64,000 bases of DNA, taken from positions 459-64,458 of the forward strand of contig CAXMQV010000128.1 in the NCBI GenBank assembly GCA_964195905.1. The letters run 5' to 3'. Both the position numbers and the translations under genes were made by a program. The notes below the pieces were generated by a model. It worked only from the letters and a program-made list of their open reading frames with translations, ran no database searches and was not told the origin of the DNA. Of this stretch, positions 1-9,386 are shown piece by piece; position 1 is the first letter of the stretch, and each line of letters begins with the position of its first letter. Origin of the DNA: an uncultured Gammaproteobacteria bacterium. Its GTDB lineage: Bacteria > Actinomycetota > Acidimicrobiia > Spongiisociales > SHLN01.

Positions 1-1273
1 CGGACGGGAGGTAGGAGACCATGGCCGCCAGACCCTCGGGGACCGACCGGGTCGGAACACACACGACCTGCTTATCGGTCAGAGCATCGAGTTGTCTGGC
101 GACTGGAACGATGTTCTTGTTGTTGGGGAGGATGATCACGTCGCCGGCGGGGACCGCTTCGACCGCGGCCAGGAGCTCCTCGGTAGAGGGATTCATCGTC
201 TGCCCCCCGACTACGACACCCTGCACGCCGAGCTGCCGGAACATCTCGACGATTCCGCTCCCCACCGCCACTGCCACCACCCCGAGATCGGCAGCCGCGA
301 AGGCGGGCAGCGGTTCGAACAGTGATGGATGGTGATGGGTTGCCTCGGCTTCTGCCTGGTCGAGCAGATCGGTCACTTGAATCCGGAAGGGTCGACCGGC
401 CCGGATCCCTGACTCGACGGCTTCGCCGATGTCGTCGGTGTGGATGTGGCAGTTGAAGACACCGTCTCCGCCCACCACCACGATCGAGTCGCCGATCTCC
501 ATCCACTCCCGCTTGAAGATCTCCAGTTTCTCTGCCTCGGCTTCGAGGAAGAACATGACCTCGTAGCGAAGTCCGCTGATGTCATGTTCGCCGGCCACGT
601 CCTCGGCGATCACCCCGGCTACGACCTTGAAGATCTCCGCCGGCAGGATCGTTTCCTCACCCGTCACCTCCTCCAGGAAGGCGGCCATGAGAAGGAGGAA
701 TCCGGCCCCCCCGGCGTCGACCACACCGGCCTCCTTCAAGACAGGCAGCAGCTCGGGCGTGTTCTGGAGCGAAACCGCCGCCCGGTCGTAGGTTCGCCTC
801 AGCAGGTGGGAGAGGTCCTCCCCCTCGGGCGTCTGGGTCTGGCCGGCCGCCTCGGCAGCCTCGCGCAGGACGGTGAGAATGGTTCCCTCAACGGGACGCA
901 TGACCGCTTCGTAGGCGGCAGTCGAGGCACGGTCGAAGGCGTCGACGATCTGAGCTGTCCCCACCGTGTCGGCCGAGCGGAAGGTGTCGGCAAGGCCTCG
1001 CAAGATCTGGCTGAGAATCACTCCACTGTTGCCGCGAGCACCCATGAGCGACCCGTGGGCGATGGCCGTCGAAAGCTCCTCCATCGTCTCGGCGCCCGAT
1101 ACCTCTTCGACGACGGCGGCAACCGTCAGCGCCATATTCGTCCCGGTATCTCCATCGGGCACCGGATAGACATTGAGGAGGTTCAACGCCTCACGGTGCT
1201 CATGGAGCCGGTCGTAGAACCGCTGCATGATGTTCTTGAGACCCTGGACCTTGAGGGTTGCTTTCGGTGGCAT
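1..1273 (-). CDS. DAK2 domain fusion protein (YloV-like); 3' end runs off the window
   Basis: Absent from the ORF track because there is no stop in the window. Manual translation from the ATG at 1273 gives MPPKATLKVQGLKNIMQRFYDRL..VYPVPDGDTGTNMALT..GARGNSGVILSQ, the Dak2 signature. The frame stays open to position 1. Divergent from rpmB. Confidence 0.85.
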   Translation of the reverse strand, partial: MPPKATLKVQGLKNIMQRFYDRLHEHREALNLLNVYPVPDGDTGTNMALTVAAVVEEVSGAETMEELSTAIAHGSLMGARGNSGVILSQILRGLADTFRSADTVGTAQIVDAFDRASTAAYEAVMRPVEGTILTVLREAAEAAGQTQTPEGEDLSHLLRRTYDRAAVSLQNTPELLPVLKEAGVVDAGGAGFLLLMAAFLEEVTGEETILPAEIFKVVAGVIAEDVAGEHDISGLRYEVMFFLEAEAEKLEIFKREWMEIGDSIVVVGGDGVFNCHIHTDDIGEAVESGIRAGRPFRIQVTDLLDQAEAEATHHHPSLFEPLPAFAAADLGVVAVAVGSGIVEMFRQLGVQGVVVGGQTMNPSTEELLAAVEAVPAGDVIILPNNKNIVPVARQLDALTDKQVVCVPTRSVPEGLAAMVSYLPS

Positions 1274-1293
1274 GGGGCGAGTATATGAGATAA

Positions 1294-1328
1294 CCCGCTG
1301 CCCGCTGCCCGCTGCGCGCTGCCCGCTC
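1294..1328. repeat. Heptamer array (CCCGCTG)x3 plus 2 variants
   Basis: Read directly. Lies in the divergent DAK2/rpmB spacer. Confidence 0.9.
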
Positions 1329-1392
1329 AGAGGCAACTGGACAGGGCCTTTTCCGCTGTCCGTGCTACAGTTCCGCCGCTTGGAGGTCTCGA

Positions 1393-1581
1393 ATGTCAGC
1401 TATTTGTGAAGTGTGCGGGAAGAAGCCGTGGTTCGGCAAACAGGTCAGCTTCTCCCATAAGCGGTCCAGCCGTCGCTGGGATCCGAACATTCAACGCGTC
1501 CGGGTCAAGGACGGCACCAACTCCAAGCGGGTCCGCGCCTGCACTTCCTGCATCAAGGCCGGCAAGGTCGAGAAGGTTTAG
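1393..1581 (+). CDS. rpmB: 50S ribosomal protein L28
   Basis: 62 aa, [38 protein letters not shown].., the typical L28 sequence. GGAGG lies upstream of the ATG. Confidence 0.95.
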   Translation: MSAICEVCGKKPWFGKQVSFSHKRSSRRWDPNIQRVRVKDGTNSKRVRACTSCIKAGKVEKV

Positions 1582-1583
1582 GA

Positions 1584-1596
1584 AGCCCTTCGGGCT
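1584..1596 (+). terminator. Weak hairpin just after the rpmB stop (agccc-ttc-gggct), no U-tract
   Basis: 5-bp GC stem 3 nt after the stop codon. Followed by a heptamer array, not by T residues. Confidence 0.25.
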
Positions 1597-1598
1597 GC

Positions 1599-1675
1599 CG
1601 TCACCGGTCACCTGTCACCGGCTTCCCAGCGGTCACGGTCACCTGTCACCGGCTTTTCAACGGTCAACGGTGGGC
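1599..1675. repeat. Heptamer-derived tract (GTCACCG/GTCACCT/GTCAACG) with an internal duplicated block ggtcacctgtcaccggctt
   Basis: Read directly. Fills the convergent spacer after rpmB. Confidence 0.8.
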
Positions 1676-2652
1676 TAGTCGACCGGTTGGAGGTAGCTGC
1701 GAACCTCTACCAGGCCGGGGCCGAATTGCTCGTCGACCCAGGTCTGGGCATTCGGGCTGGTGACGACCATCACCCAGGCCTCGACCACTCCTCGGAACTG
1801 ATTTGAGCCGGAGCCCATGCCGTACCCGGCGTGAATACCGGCCTGGACTGCTTCGGGGGTCGACAACACATCGAACACGGTGTCCTGGATCGCACGCAAT
1901 TCGGCGAGCGGCCGCACGCCCTGGCTGACGCAGGCCGGACCTCCGTAGATCTTCTCGAGGGCGGCCCGATGCTCGTCGAGGTCGCCGGTGAAGGTGAAGT
2001 TGGCGACGAAGGTTGATGCGTCGTGCTCTTCGTTCTCACGCTCCCCCGGCTTGAGCAGCTGATCGACCCAGAGCCCTGCGAAGTCTGGTTGGGCTTCGGC
2101 ATAGATCCGGGCCCGGTTCCAATCTGTGTCGTCGGTGAGTGCCGGGTTCCGAATCACCCAGCCGCCTTCGGGCTCAGGACACGGGGAGGTGAAGTCCTGT
2201 GTTTCGTGGGGAAGCTCTCCACCGACCGGCTCGCCGGGAGGTTCCGTGAGGATGAGGGCTGTTCCGTCGAAGATTCCCACCACCCTGACAGAGGCCCAGG
2301 TGGTGTCCCCGGCGCTCTCGGCTCCGGGTACCTCGTCCCAGTCGACGCCGATTACGGGTAGGCCCCGGCACTGCGGCGGAAGCGAGGTGTTGACGAAGTT
2401 GCACAGCTGCGGGCCGGCCCCCTCCTTGTCGAGAAGCGTGCCTTCAACGAAGTACCGGTCCGGCACAGCTGGGTCCGACCCGAGGGTGGTGGGCGGCGGG
2501 ATCGTGGTCGAGGAACCGGGTGTGGTTGGAGAAGAGGCAGTCGTCGTCGGAGTCGGTTCGGTGGCGGTGTCGATTCCGCAGGAAGCTGCCGCCAGCGCCA
2601 GGCCGAGGAGGAGAACCAGGGCGCGGGTGTCTCGCATGTCCCTCAGACGCAC
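1675..2652 (-). CDS. Putative secreted lipoprotein, function unknown
   Basis: N-terminus ..ALVLLLGLALAAASCG (lipobox) followed by a Thr/Pro-rich linker. The 325-aa ORF dominates the locus. Confidence 0.7.
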   Translation of the reverse strand: MRLRDMRDTRALVLLLGLALAAASCGIDTATEPTPTTTASSPTTPGSSTTIPPPTTLGSDPAVPDRYFVEGTLLDKEGAGPQLCNFVNTSLPPQCRGLPVIGVDWDEVPGAESAGDTTWASVRVVGIFDGTALILTEPPGEPVGGELPHETQDFTSPCPEPEGGWVIRNPALTDDTDWNRARIYAEAQPDFAGLWVDQLLKPGERENEEHDASTFVANFTFTGDLDEHRAALEKIYGGPACVSQGVRPLAELRAIQDTVFDVLSTPEAVQAGIHAGYGMGSGSNQFRGVVEAWVMVVTSPNAQTWVDEQFGPGLVEVRSYLQPVD

Positions 2653-2690
2653 CCCCCGGCAGCATGGTTCCCGCTCATTGCCCCCGAAGG

Positions 2691-3938
2691 CTACGTCTCA
2701 GCCCGCACGATGGGATCCGACGGTGCGTTCTCCCGTCGCGCCAACCAGAAGAATGGAATGGCCACCACCGAGATTGCTGAGCTGACGACGTACGAGGCTC
2801 CATAGCTCCAGACGTCGGCGACTCGTCCGAGAGCAGGTTGGGCACCCACTCCCCCGGCCGAGGACATGAGGGCGTCGAACGAAAGCACGGTCGCTCGCTG
2901 GTCGGAGTCGATGAGGCCGTTCAGATAGGCCTGCCGCATCGGGAGACTCACCGAGGAGGCCAGCGACCAGAGCACGAGCAGTCCGATGGCGACCCAGAAA
3001 CTCGAGGTCAGGCCGATGGCCAGCAGCGCCAGCGTTCCGACTAATCCGGACAACACAAGCACATCGGTGCGCCTGCGGAGCAATCGTCGAACGAGGGGCA
3101 CGATGAGGCCACCGACGATCTGGGCACCGGCGACGATGGCGGCCGCCAGACCGGCGATGCCGAATGCGTTCGGGTCGCCGTACAGCTCGAGCAGGTAGGG
3201 CTGGAGTGCGTAGAACGCGTACACGCCCACTCCCCCGGTGAATGGCGCGGCCAGCATGAGCCAGCGGATGGGTGGCTTGCGCCATCCATTGTCGATCGAG
3301 GCAGTAACGATCTTCTTCATTTCCTTCATCGGGCTCGCTCCCCGGTGAGGCGTGAAGCCGATATCGCGCATGAGGAGGAAGGCGGCCGCGAACGTGACTC
3401 CAAGCAAGACCGCTCGCAGGATGTAGGGAACACCGAGATTCGTGATCTGGGCGATGAACCCACCGGCCACCGAACCGGTCAGCATGGCCACACCCATCGT
3501 GGTCTGACCTTTGGCAAACACCGTCTCGTACTCGCCGTCGAAATCCGATGCATTTAGCGCATCCACCAGCCACGCCTCGACCGCTCCCGAGAAGAAGGTG
3601 AATCCGAGACCGATCAGCACTGAAGAAAGTAGCCAGCCCCAAAACGGGGCTTCGGCGTACCACATGAACAGGTAGAGCAGGGTGGAGACGAGCAGCGTGG
3701 CGGCGCCGAGAAGGTAGGACGCCCGCCTGCCCACCGTGTCGGCGATGACGCCGGTGGGGACCTCAAAGAGCACCTGGCCTGCCGTGAAGGCGGCGTTTGC
3801 TCCAAAGGCCTGGGCGTTGTTGAGGCCGGCATCGAGGAGGAACAGGGTGTTGACGCCCCAGATGAGCGAGGCCGACAGCGTGGAGAGCAGCGTGAGCAGG
3901 AGGTAGATGCGTTGAACCCGTTGCGCTGCCTCAGTCAT
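2691..3938 (-). CDS. MFS transporter
   Basis: 415 aa, about 12 hydrophobic spans, and an MFS-like motif ..GVIADTVGRRASYLLG.. after TM2. Confidence 0.85.
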   Translation of the reverse strand: MTEAAQRVQRIYLLLTLLSTLSASLIWGVNTLFLLDAGLNNAQAFGANAAFTAGQVLFEVPTGVIADTVGRRASYLLGAATLLVSTLLYLFMWYAEAPFWGWLLSSVLIGLGFTFFSGAVEAWLVDALNASDFDGEYETVFAKGQTTMGVAMLTGSVAGGFIAQITNLGVPYILRAVLLGVTFAAAFLLMRDIGFTPHRGASPMKEMKKIVTASIDNGWRKPPIRWLMLAAPFTGGVGVYAFYALQPYLLELYGDPNAFGIAGLAAAIVAGAQIVGGLIVPLVRRLLRRRTDVLVLSGLVGTLALLAIGLTSSFWVAIGLLVLWSLASSVSLPMRQAYLNGLIDSDQRATVLSFDALMSSAGGVGAQPALGRVADVWSYGASYVVSSAISVVAIPFFWLARRENAPSDPIVRAET

Positions 3939-3951
3939 TGGAGGACCCTAG

Positions 3952-3972
3952 CCAGCTACCAGCCACCAGCTA
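3952..3972. repeat. Heptamer array CCAGCTA CCAGCCA CCAGCTA
   Basis: Read directly. Confidence 0.75.
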
Positions 3973-4115
3973 CCCGCACGGCGGGAACGGGGTTTCGCTG
4001 GGCCTGGCGCCGGCGGCGCCGGCCGTCCCTACGATTGACGTCCGGCGGTAGCATTCGGATTTCTCCGCCCGATCGCGCGCTAGACATGGCGCGGCGGAGA
4101 AATCGAGAGGAAGAA

Positions 4116-4328
4116 ATGCAGGGAGTAGTTCAGGTTTACGATCCCGCCACGGGGGTGGGGATCATTGTTCGGGAGGACAATCGGGAGAAGGTCCTACTCC
4201 GGCCCGGGTCGCTGACAGGCAGCATGTTCCGCATGCTCCGCCAGGGTCAACGGGTCAACTTCGACCTCGAAACCGAGGACGGCACCGACTACGCCAAACG
4301 GCTCCGGTTCGGGAGCGACGGCTACTAA
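4116..4328 (+). CDS. Small cold-shock-domain-like (OB-fold) protein
   Basis: MQGVVQVYDPATGVGIIVREDNREKVLLRPGSL..GQRVNFDLETEDG resembles a degenerate CspA-type fold. The start was chosen at the internal ATG after GAGAGGAAGAA; ATG 4086 is an alternative. Confidence 0.55.
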   Translation: MQGVVQVYDPATGVGIIVREDNREKVLLRPGSLTGSMFRMLRQGQRVNFDLETEDGTDYAKRLRFGSDGY

Positions 4329-4331
4329 TCA

Positions 4332-4366
4332 GTCACCGGTCACCGGTCACCGGTCACCGGTCACCA
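4332..4366. repeat. Heptamer array (GTCACCG)x4 plus GTCACCA
   Basis: Begins 4 nt after the csp-like stop codon. Confidence 0.95.
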
Positions 4367-4405
4367 GCCAGAAACGGGTCGCGTCCTCGTAGCAGAGCGA
4401 GGGAG

Positions 4406-4425
4406 GGCTGACAGACGGGTCAGCC
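4406..4425 (+). terminator. Hairpin ggctgac-agacgg-gtcagcc downstream of the csp-like gene
   Basis: Perfect 7-bp stem seen in the sequence. No U-tract, so the terminator function is inferred only. Confidence 0.25.
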
Positions 4426-4482
4426 GCAACGGGCCGATCACCGGCCTAGAGTCAACAGCAGCAACGATTCCGAGGAGGAACA

Positions 4483-4716
4483 TTGGTCGAAGCGTTCGTG
4501 CTCATTCAGACAGAGGTAGGCAAAGCGGCTGCAGTTGCTGCGGCGCTCGCAGACATCGAGGGCGTCGTCCGCTCGAGTGCCGTCACCGGACCGTATGACG
4601 TGATCGTGGATGCCCGGGCGGAAGACATCGACGCCCTCGGCAAACTGGTGGCCAGCAAGGTCCCGTCAGTGTCGGGCATCGTCCGTACTGTCACCTGCCC
4701 GGTGGTTTCCCTCTAG
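4483..4716 (+). CDS. Stand-alone Lrp/AsnC ligand-binding (RAM) domain protein
   Basis: 77 aa, MVEAFVLIQTEVGKAAAVAAALADIEGVVRSSAVTGPYDVIV.. matches the AsnC_trans_reg-type fold. TTG start after GAGGAGGAA. Confidence 0.75.
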   Translation: MVEAFVLIQTEVGKAAAVAAALADIEGVVRSSAVTGPYDVIVDARAEDIDALGKLVASKVPSVSGIVRTVTCPVVSL

Positions 4717-5711
4717 GGAAGCGCCGACCGCACCAATCGGTCGAACAATTCATTGTTCGGCACTCCCGTTGCCTCCCACAGCATCGGGAACATCGACCGC
4801 GATGTACAACCTGGCATCGTGTTCAACTCGTTGATTAGGAATCCGCGGCCACCCTCCTCGTAGAAGAAATCGACGCGTGCCAGCCCGCGCACGCCAAGCA
4901 CTTCGAAAGCCCTCCCGGCCAGATTTCGAACGGTCTCGGACTCCTCCTCAGTGAGCGGTGCCGGCACGAGTAGCCCGGTCGCCTCATCGGCGTACTTGGC
5001 GTCGTAGTCGTACCACCCGACAGGGACGATCTCTCCGGGGACGGAGGTGGCCGGCCCGTCGAGTACGGCTACCTCGATCTCCCGGGCGTTGACTCCTTGT
5101 TCGACAACGGCTTTGTCGCCGTATTTGAAGGCAATCGCCATCGCATCGGAAAGCTCGAATTCTTCATTCACCTTCGTGATCCCGACCGAGGACCCGAGGG
5201 AGGCCGGTTTCACAAATAAGGGCAGGCCGAGCTTCTCGATCAGGCTGATGTCGACCTCGGGGCCGTACGCATCGAGGGACACGGCCACCGAGGCCGTCAT
5301 GGGGAGACCGGCCTGGGCCAGGAGTCGATTGGCCACGTCCTTGTCCATGGCAGCCGCTGAGGCCAGCACCCCGGCGCCCACGTAGGGAATGCCGACCACT
5401 TCGAACAGGCCCTGGATAGTCCCGTCCTCACCAAACGGGCCGTGCAGCACCGGGAACACGACGTCGAAGTGAAGTTCGGCCGCTCCGTGCATCACCGACC
5501 CATCCGGAACGGAGAATGAGACCGGATCCCCGGCGGCCACGAGCGGTCGGGAGGCATCCTCTACGAGGTGCCACCCCCCGGCGGCGTCGATTCCGACGAG
5601 GGTGACGTCATGGCCGGTTTCGATCAACGATTCGGCGACGGTTGCCGCCGACTTGCAAGAAACCTCATGTTCAGCAGATCTTCCACCGAAAAGGACTAGT
5701 ACTGCAGGCAT
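4713..5711 (-). CDS. ddl: D-alanine--D-alanine ligase
   Basis: 332 aa, VLFGGRSAEHEVSCKSA.., ..VLHGPFGEDGTIQGLFE.., ..INELNTMPG.. are classic Ddl motifs. Confidence 0.95.
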   Translation of the reverse strand: MPAVLVLFGGRSAEHEVSCKSAATVAESLIETGHDVTLVGIDAAGGWHLVEDASRPLVAAGDPVSFSVPDGSVMHGAAELHFDVVFPVLHGPFGEDGTIQGLFEVVGIPYVGAGVLASAAAMDKDVANRLLAQAGLPMTASVAVSLDAYGPEVDISLIEKLGLPLFVKPASLGSSVGITKVNEEFELSDAMAIAFKYGDKAVVEQGVNAREIEVAVLDGPATSVPGEIVPVGWYDYDAKYADEATGLLVPAPLTEEESETVRNLAGRAFEVLGVRGLARVDFFYEEGGRGFLINELNTMPGCTSRSMFPMLWEATGVPNNELFDRLVRSALP

Positions 5712-5737
5712 GAAGTGACATTACCGGTTGGGACGGG

Positions 5738-8551
5738 ATGGATAACAACATCTACAACGAGATGTCGAACTTGCCTCCGAAAGGACGCGGCCGGCGCCGG
5801 GACAGGGCGTCCCGCAAGCAGGGCCCAAATACCCGCCAAGAGGCGGAAGAGTCTTCGACCAGCCAACCCCCGGTGCCGATCGCGGTCGCTGTGCCGCAGA
5901 GTCGTGATCTGAATCTGCCTACTCGAACAACCATTCTCCACCCGCCCGAGGACCCCCTTCCGGCAGACGGCCAGCTAGCCGCCAGCATCGAGCATTTGCG
6001 ACGGCGCTCGGCCTTCCGACCCGACGGGTCGGTTTCGGCCTCGCCCGAGCCACCGACGGCGGCAGCCGCCCCTCCCGAGGCACTGGCCGAAGCCTCACCA
6101 GGCGGGAGCGAGCCGAACTCGCGACCGTCGCGACAGGATCGAAAGGCTGCCCGCCACACCGCGAACAACCAAGGGCGGGAAGCCAAGACACAGGCCGCCA
6201 CAGACAGAGCAGCGGACAAAGCGTCCAAGCAAACCGAGGCGGCCGTCGAACGAACCGAACGGCCGCGCCGGTTCATGCGCACCCCGAAGGCGCCGGCTCC
6301 GGCGGCTCCACCCTCGCCGCCAATGCAATCCGAACGTCTCGGCCGCAAGGCCGAAAGGCTGGCGCGGCGCCAGCGGATCAAAGAGGCCTCAGAGACCGTC
6401 GCCACCCAGCGACGCGAAGGCAAGGAGCGAGTCTCCGAGGCCGAACAGAAGTCCAGGTCCAGTGAGTATTTGAGCACCAAGATCCCACCAGGCGATTGGA
6501 ACCGGAGGGAGTCCCGCCGCCACCTCAAGGCGGCCAAACAGGAAGCCACCGCCGAGGCCGCCGCGGTCAAGGCAGAGCAAGCGGCTCTCTTGGCCACAGC
6601 CAGGGAGCGGCGCACCGCCGAGAAAGGTGCTCCGCGACGCCTCGCCAGGATCGGCCGAGCTCATCTGGCCGACGCCCGCGTACGATCCATCCGGCTCGGG
6701 CTGGCCGGCAGCTGGTTCGGCCTGGCGGTGTTTGCGTGGCTGGCATGGGATACCGGCCACATCGATGAGTTCGCCTACTGGATCCCACTGGGAGCCGGGG
6801 CAGCCGGCATGCTCATCCTCACGGTCATGCCATGGAAGAAGATCAGCGGGCGACCCATCACTTCGGTGCTCGTGTTCCTGTGGCTCGGGTTGCTCATGGG
6901 TGGGATTGCGGCCACCGCTCCGCTCCACGAAACCACGATGGGCATCTTCATCGCCACCGTCTGGATCCTCCTCTATGCCGGGGTTCTCCTCCCACTGGTG
7001 GGCTTCGCCTTCTCGGCCAGCCTGGCGATCACGGTGTTCGCGGTATCGGTCGAGATGGGCTCGGTGGCCATCGACACCGTCGACTTCGCTCTCTATGTGA
7101 CCGGGCTGGCCATGACCACCATCATTGTGGGAATCACTGTCCACGAGCTCCGATCGCAGGCGATCCATACTGCCAGGCGCCTCGCCGACCTCGATACCCA
7201 GGGTGACGCACTCAGGCGGCGTGAGAGCGAGTTGATGGCACTCTACGAGGTCTCACGAACGATCGGGGTGGGCGAAGACATTCGAGAGGTCCTCCCCGAG
7301 CTCGTTGCCCGCACAGCCGGATACATCGGGGCCAAGGTCGGTCTTGTCATACTTCACAAACCTGAAGATGACGAGCTCATCGCGCTCTCCCCTCTGTGGG
7401 TGGCCGGCCAGGCTCTCGAGGCGGAGGGATATCGCTTCGCCATCGACGGCGACTCGACCGCGGCCTCGGTCTTCTCGTCGGGAGCCACCTACCTGCGCAA
7501 CGATGTGACCGAAGTGAATATCGCCCACGACCAGCTCCTCGCCGACCTCGGAGTGACCCGAGTGGCGGCCGTGCCCCTCCAGGTCGAGGGCAAAACGATC
7601 GGGGTTCTCCTTGTGGCAGACAAGGCGACCGACTTCACCGACGAGGACGCTGCCGCTCTCGAACTCCTGTCGGCCCCGGCCGGCCTGGTCCTCGACCACC
7701 TCTCCCGGTACGAGGAAGCCCAGGAGACAGGGCGCCGAATGAGCGAAGTAGCCCAGCTGAAATCCGACTTCGTGTCCGTCGTCAGCCACGAGCTGCGCAC
7801 ACCCTTGACGTCGGTGATCGGCGCCCTCTCCACGTTGTCGCGCCCGGAGCTCGCTCCCGACAATCCCGTGGCGGCCAGCCTCCTCGAGTCGGCATCCAAT
7901 CAGGCCAACCGATTGAAGACACTCATCGAGGACCTACTGACGGTTTCGAAGATCGACAACCAGGCCCTGCCGATCCGGCTCGAGTCCATTGATCTGGGCG
8001 GTCTCATCACCCGCCTGATCGGGCGAATCCCCACCTGGGGCGAGCATGTTGACATCGAGCTCTCGCCCTTGCTGCCGGCGGTCGCGATCGACCCCGATCA
8101 CCTCGAACGGATCATCACCAACCTGGTCGACAACGCCCGCAAATACGCCAGCGAGTCGCGTATCGAATTGACCGCCCGCGCCGTCGATGACGAGGTGTGG
8201 GTGTCGGTCATAGACCACGGTGAAGGCATCCCGTATGAGTACGAAGACACGATTTTCGAACGCTTCACTCAGATCGAACGCCCCGACACCCGGTTCAAGG
8301 GCGGCACCGGCCTTGGCCTGAATATCGTGAAAGACCTGACCGAAGCCATGCGCGGTCGGGTCTGGCTCGAGGCCACACCGGGCGGCGGAGCCACGTTCAG
8401 CATCGCCTTCCCCCGCAGCGACGAAGCAATCACGCCGAGCGTCGAGGTCGGGTCGGGGATGCTACTCGTCGACCCCAGCCGCGATCGCGTGGAAGCCCCC
8501 ATCAACATGGACGATCTCCCCGGAAGTGGCGGGAGCCCAATCGCTGAATAG
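5738..8551 (+). CDS. Sensor histidine kinase (TM region, GAF, HisKA, HATPase_c) with a long basic N-terminal extension
   Basis: H-box SDFVSVVSHELRTPLTS, N-box NLVDNARKY, G-boxes DHGEGI and GGTGLGLNIV. Multiple TM spans at about aa 330-480. The first ~330 aa are Arg/Lys/Ala/Glu-rich, and the start codon is uncertain. Confidence 0.85.
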   Translation: MDNNIYNEMSNLPPKGRGRRRDRASRKQGPNTRQEAEESSTSQPPVPIAVAVPQSRDLNLPTRTTILHPPEDPLPADGQLAASIEHLRRRSAFRPDGSVSASPEPPTAAAAPPEALAEASPGGSEPNSRPSRQDRKAARHTANNQGREAKTQAATDRAADKASKQTEAAVERTERPRRFMRTPKAPAPAAPPSPPMQSERLGRKAERLARRQRIKEASETVATQRREGKERVSEAEQKSRSSEYLSTKIPPGDWNRRESRRHLKAAKQEATAEAAAVKAEQAALLATARERRTAEKGAPRRLARIGRAHLADARVRSIRLGLAGSWFGLAVFAWLAWDTGHIDEFAYWIPLGAGAAGMLILTVMPWKKISGRPITSVLVFLWLGLLMGGIAATAPLHETTMGIFIATVWILLYAGVLLPLVGFAFSASLAITVFAVSVEMGSVAIDTVDFALYVTGLAMTTIIVGITVHELRSQAIHTARRLADLDTQGDALRRRESELMALYEVSRTIGVGEDIREVLPELVARTAGYIGAKVGLVILHKPEDDELIALSPLWVAGQALEAEGYRFAIDGDSTAASVFSSGATYLRNDVTEVNIAHDQLLADLGVTRVAAVPLQVEGKTIGVLLVADKATDFTDEDAAALELLSAPAGLVLDHLSRYEEAQETGRRMSEVAQLKSDFVSVVSHELRTPLTSVIGALSTLSRPELAPDNPVAASLLESASNQANRLKTLIEDLLTVSKIDNQALPIRLESIDLGGLITRLIGRIPTWGEHVDIELSPLLPAVAIDPDHLERIITNLVDNARKYASESRIELTARAVDDEVWVSVIDHGEGIPYEYEDTIFERFTQIERPDTRFKGGTGLGLNIVKDLTEAMRGRVWLEATPGGGATFSIAFPRSDEAITPSVEVGSGMLLVDPSRDRVEAPINMDDLPGSGGSPIAE

Positions 8552-9244
8552 CACCGCGACCATCTTGGCTACCGGTTCCGGATCGTGCGTGTCCCACACC
8601 AGCGGCGAACGACGCTTCCATTCATCCGCCAGACCCTGAAAGCCGGGAATCGACTTGGCCGCCACCGTGGCAAGCGGGCCGGCCGACACGGCGTTTACCC
8701 GGATGAGGTCACCACCCAGATCGCGAGCGAGATACCGAACCACCGATTGCAACGCCGACTTGGCCACTCCCATCCAGTCATAGATCGGCCACGCCTTGGA
8801 GTTGTCGAAATCGAGCGTGACCACGCTGCCCCCGCCGGCCGCCTGCATGAGTGGACGCAGACCAACGGCGAGGGTCTTGAGTGAGAATGCCGAGGTCATG
8901 AAAGCGATCTGGGCACTCTCGGGCGGCGTGTTGAGGAAGTTCCCCCCGAGGGCGTCCTCCGGGGCATAGGCGATGGCGTGGAGCGCCCCGTCAACGGAAC
9001 CCCATCGACTGTCGAGGTCGGCGACGAGTGCGTCCATGTGAGCCGGGTCGTTGATGTCGAGCTCGATGACGTCGGGACGCGATGGAAGACGCTCGGCAGC
9101 CCGCTCTGTCAGTTTCATACCGCGGCCAAAGCCGGTGAGGACGATCTCCGCGCCCTGTTCGAGCGCGACCCGGGCGGTATGCCACGCAATGGAGGAGTCG
9201 GTGAGCACCCCTGTGATCACGAATCGTTTGCCTTCGAGCAGCAT
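8462..9244 (-). CDS. fabI: Enoyl-[acyl-carrier-protein] reductase (NADH), FabI/InhA type
   Basis: MLLEGKRFVITGVLTDSSIAWHTARVALEQGAEIVLTGFG.. with the downstream YDWMGVAKSALQS motif. Start trimmed to the internal ATG at 9244. Confidence 0.9.
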   Translation of the reverse strand: MLLEGKRFVITGVLTDSSIAWHTARVALEQGAEIVLTGFGRGMKLTERAAERLPSRPDVIELDINDPAHMDALVADLDSRWGSVDGALHAIAYAPEDALGGNFLNTPPESAQIAFMTSAFSLKTLAVGLRPLMQAAGGGSVVTLDFDNSKAWPIYDWMGVAKSALQSVVRYLARDLGGDLIRVNAVSAGPLATVAAKSIPGFQGLADEWKRRSPLVWDTHDPEPVAKMVAVLFSDWAPATSGEIVHVDGGFHAIAAGVDE

Positions 9245-9329
9245 GCATGTCCTCCCTCGCCGCAGGTCGGGGGCCATGCTATCGGTTGCCCGCGGTCCGC
9301 CGTCGGCTCTCGGCGATCGATCGGCAACA

Positions 9330-9385
9330 GTCAACGGTCAACGGTCAACGGTGGGCGGTGGGCGGCGGGCAGTGGGCGGTCGGCT
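9330..9385. repeat. Heptamer array (GTCAACG)x3, (GTGGGCG)x2, GCGGGCA, GTGGGCG, GTCGGCT
   Basis: Eight in-phase units read directly. Confidence 0.95.
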
Positions 9386-9386
9386 C

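Noticed and set aside
1339-1361. Hairpin ggacag-N11-ctgtcc upstream of rpmB as a possible ribosomal-protein leader.
   Set aside because: It is a single 6-bp stem that overlaps where the -35 of a TACAGT -10 (1366-71) would lie. I know of no L28 leader with this form, so there is not enough support to call it.
8462-8551. Convergent 90-nt overlap between the histidine kinase and fabI 3' ends. A similar 93-nt overlap occurs at 55992-56084 between the second UMF1 gene and the alpha/beta hydrolase.
   Set aside because: This is most simply explained by late stop codons in GC-rich DNA adding non-conserved C-terminal tails. There is no evidence of functional antisense coupling. It is not evidence of misassembly either.
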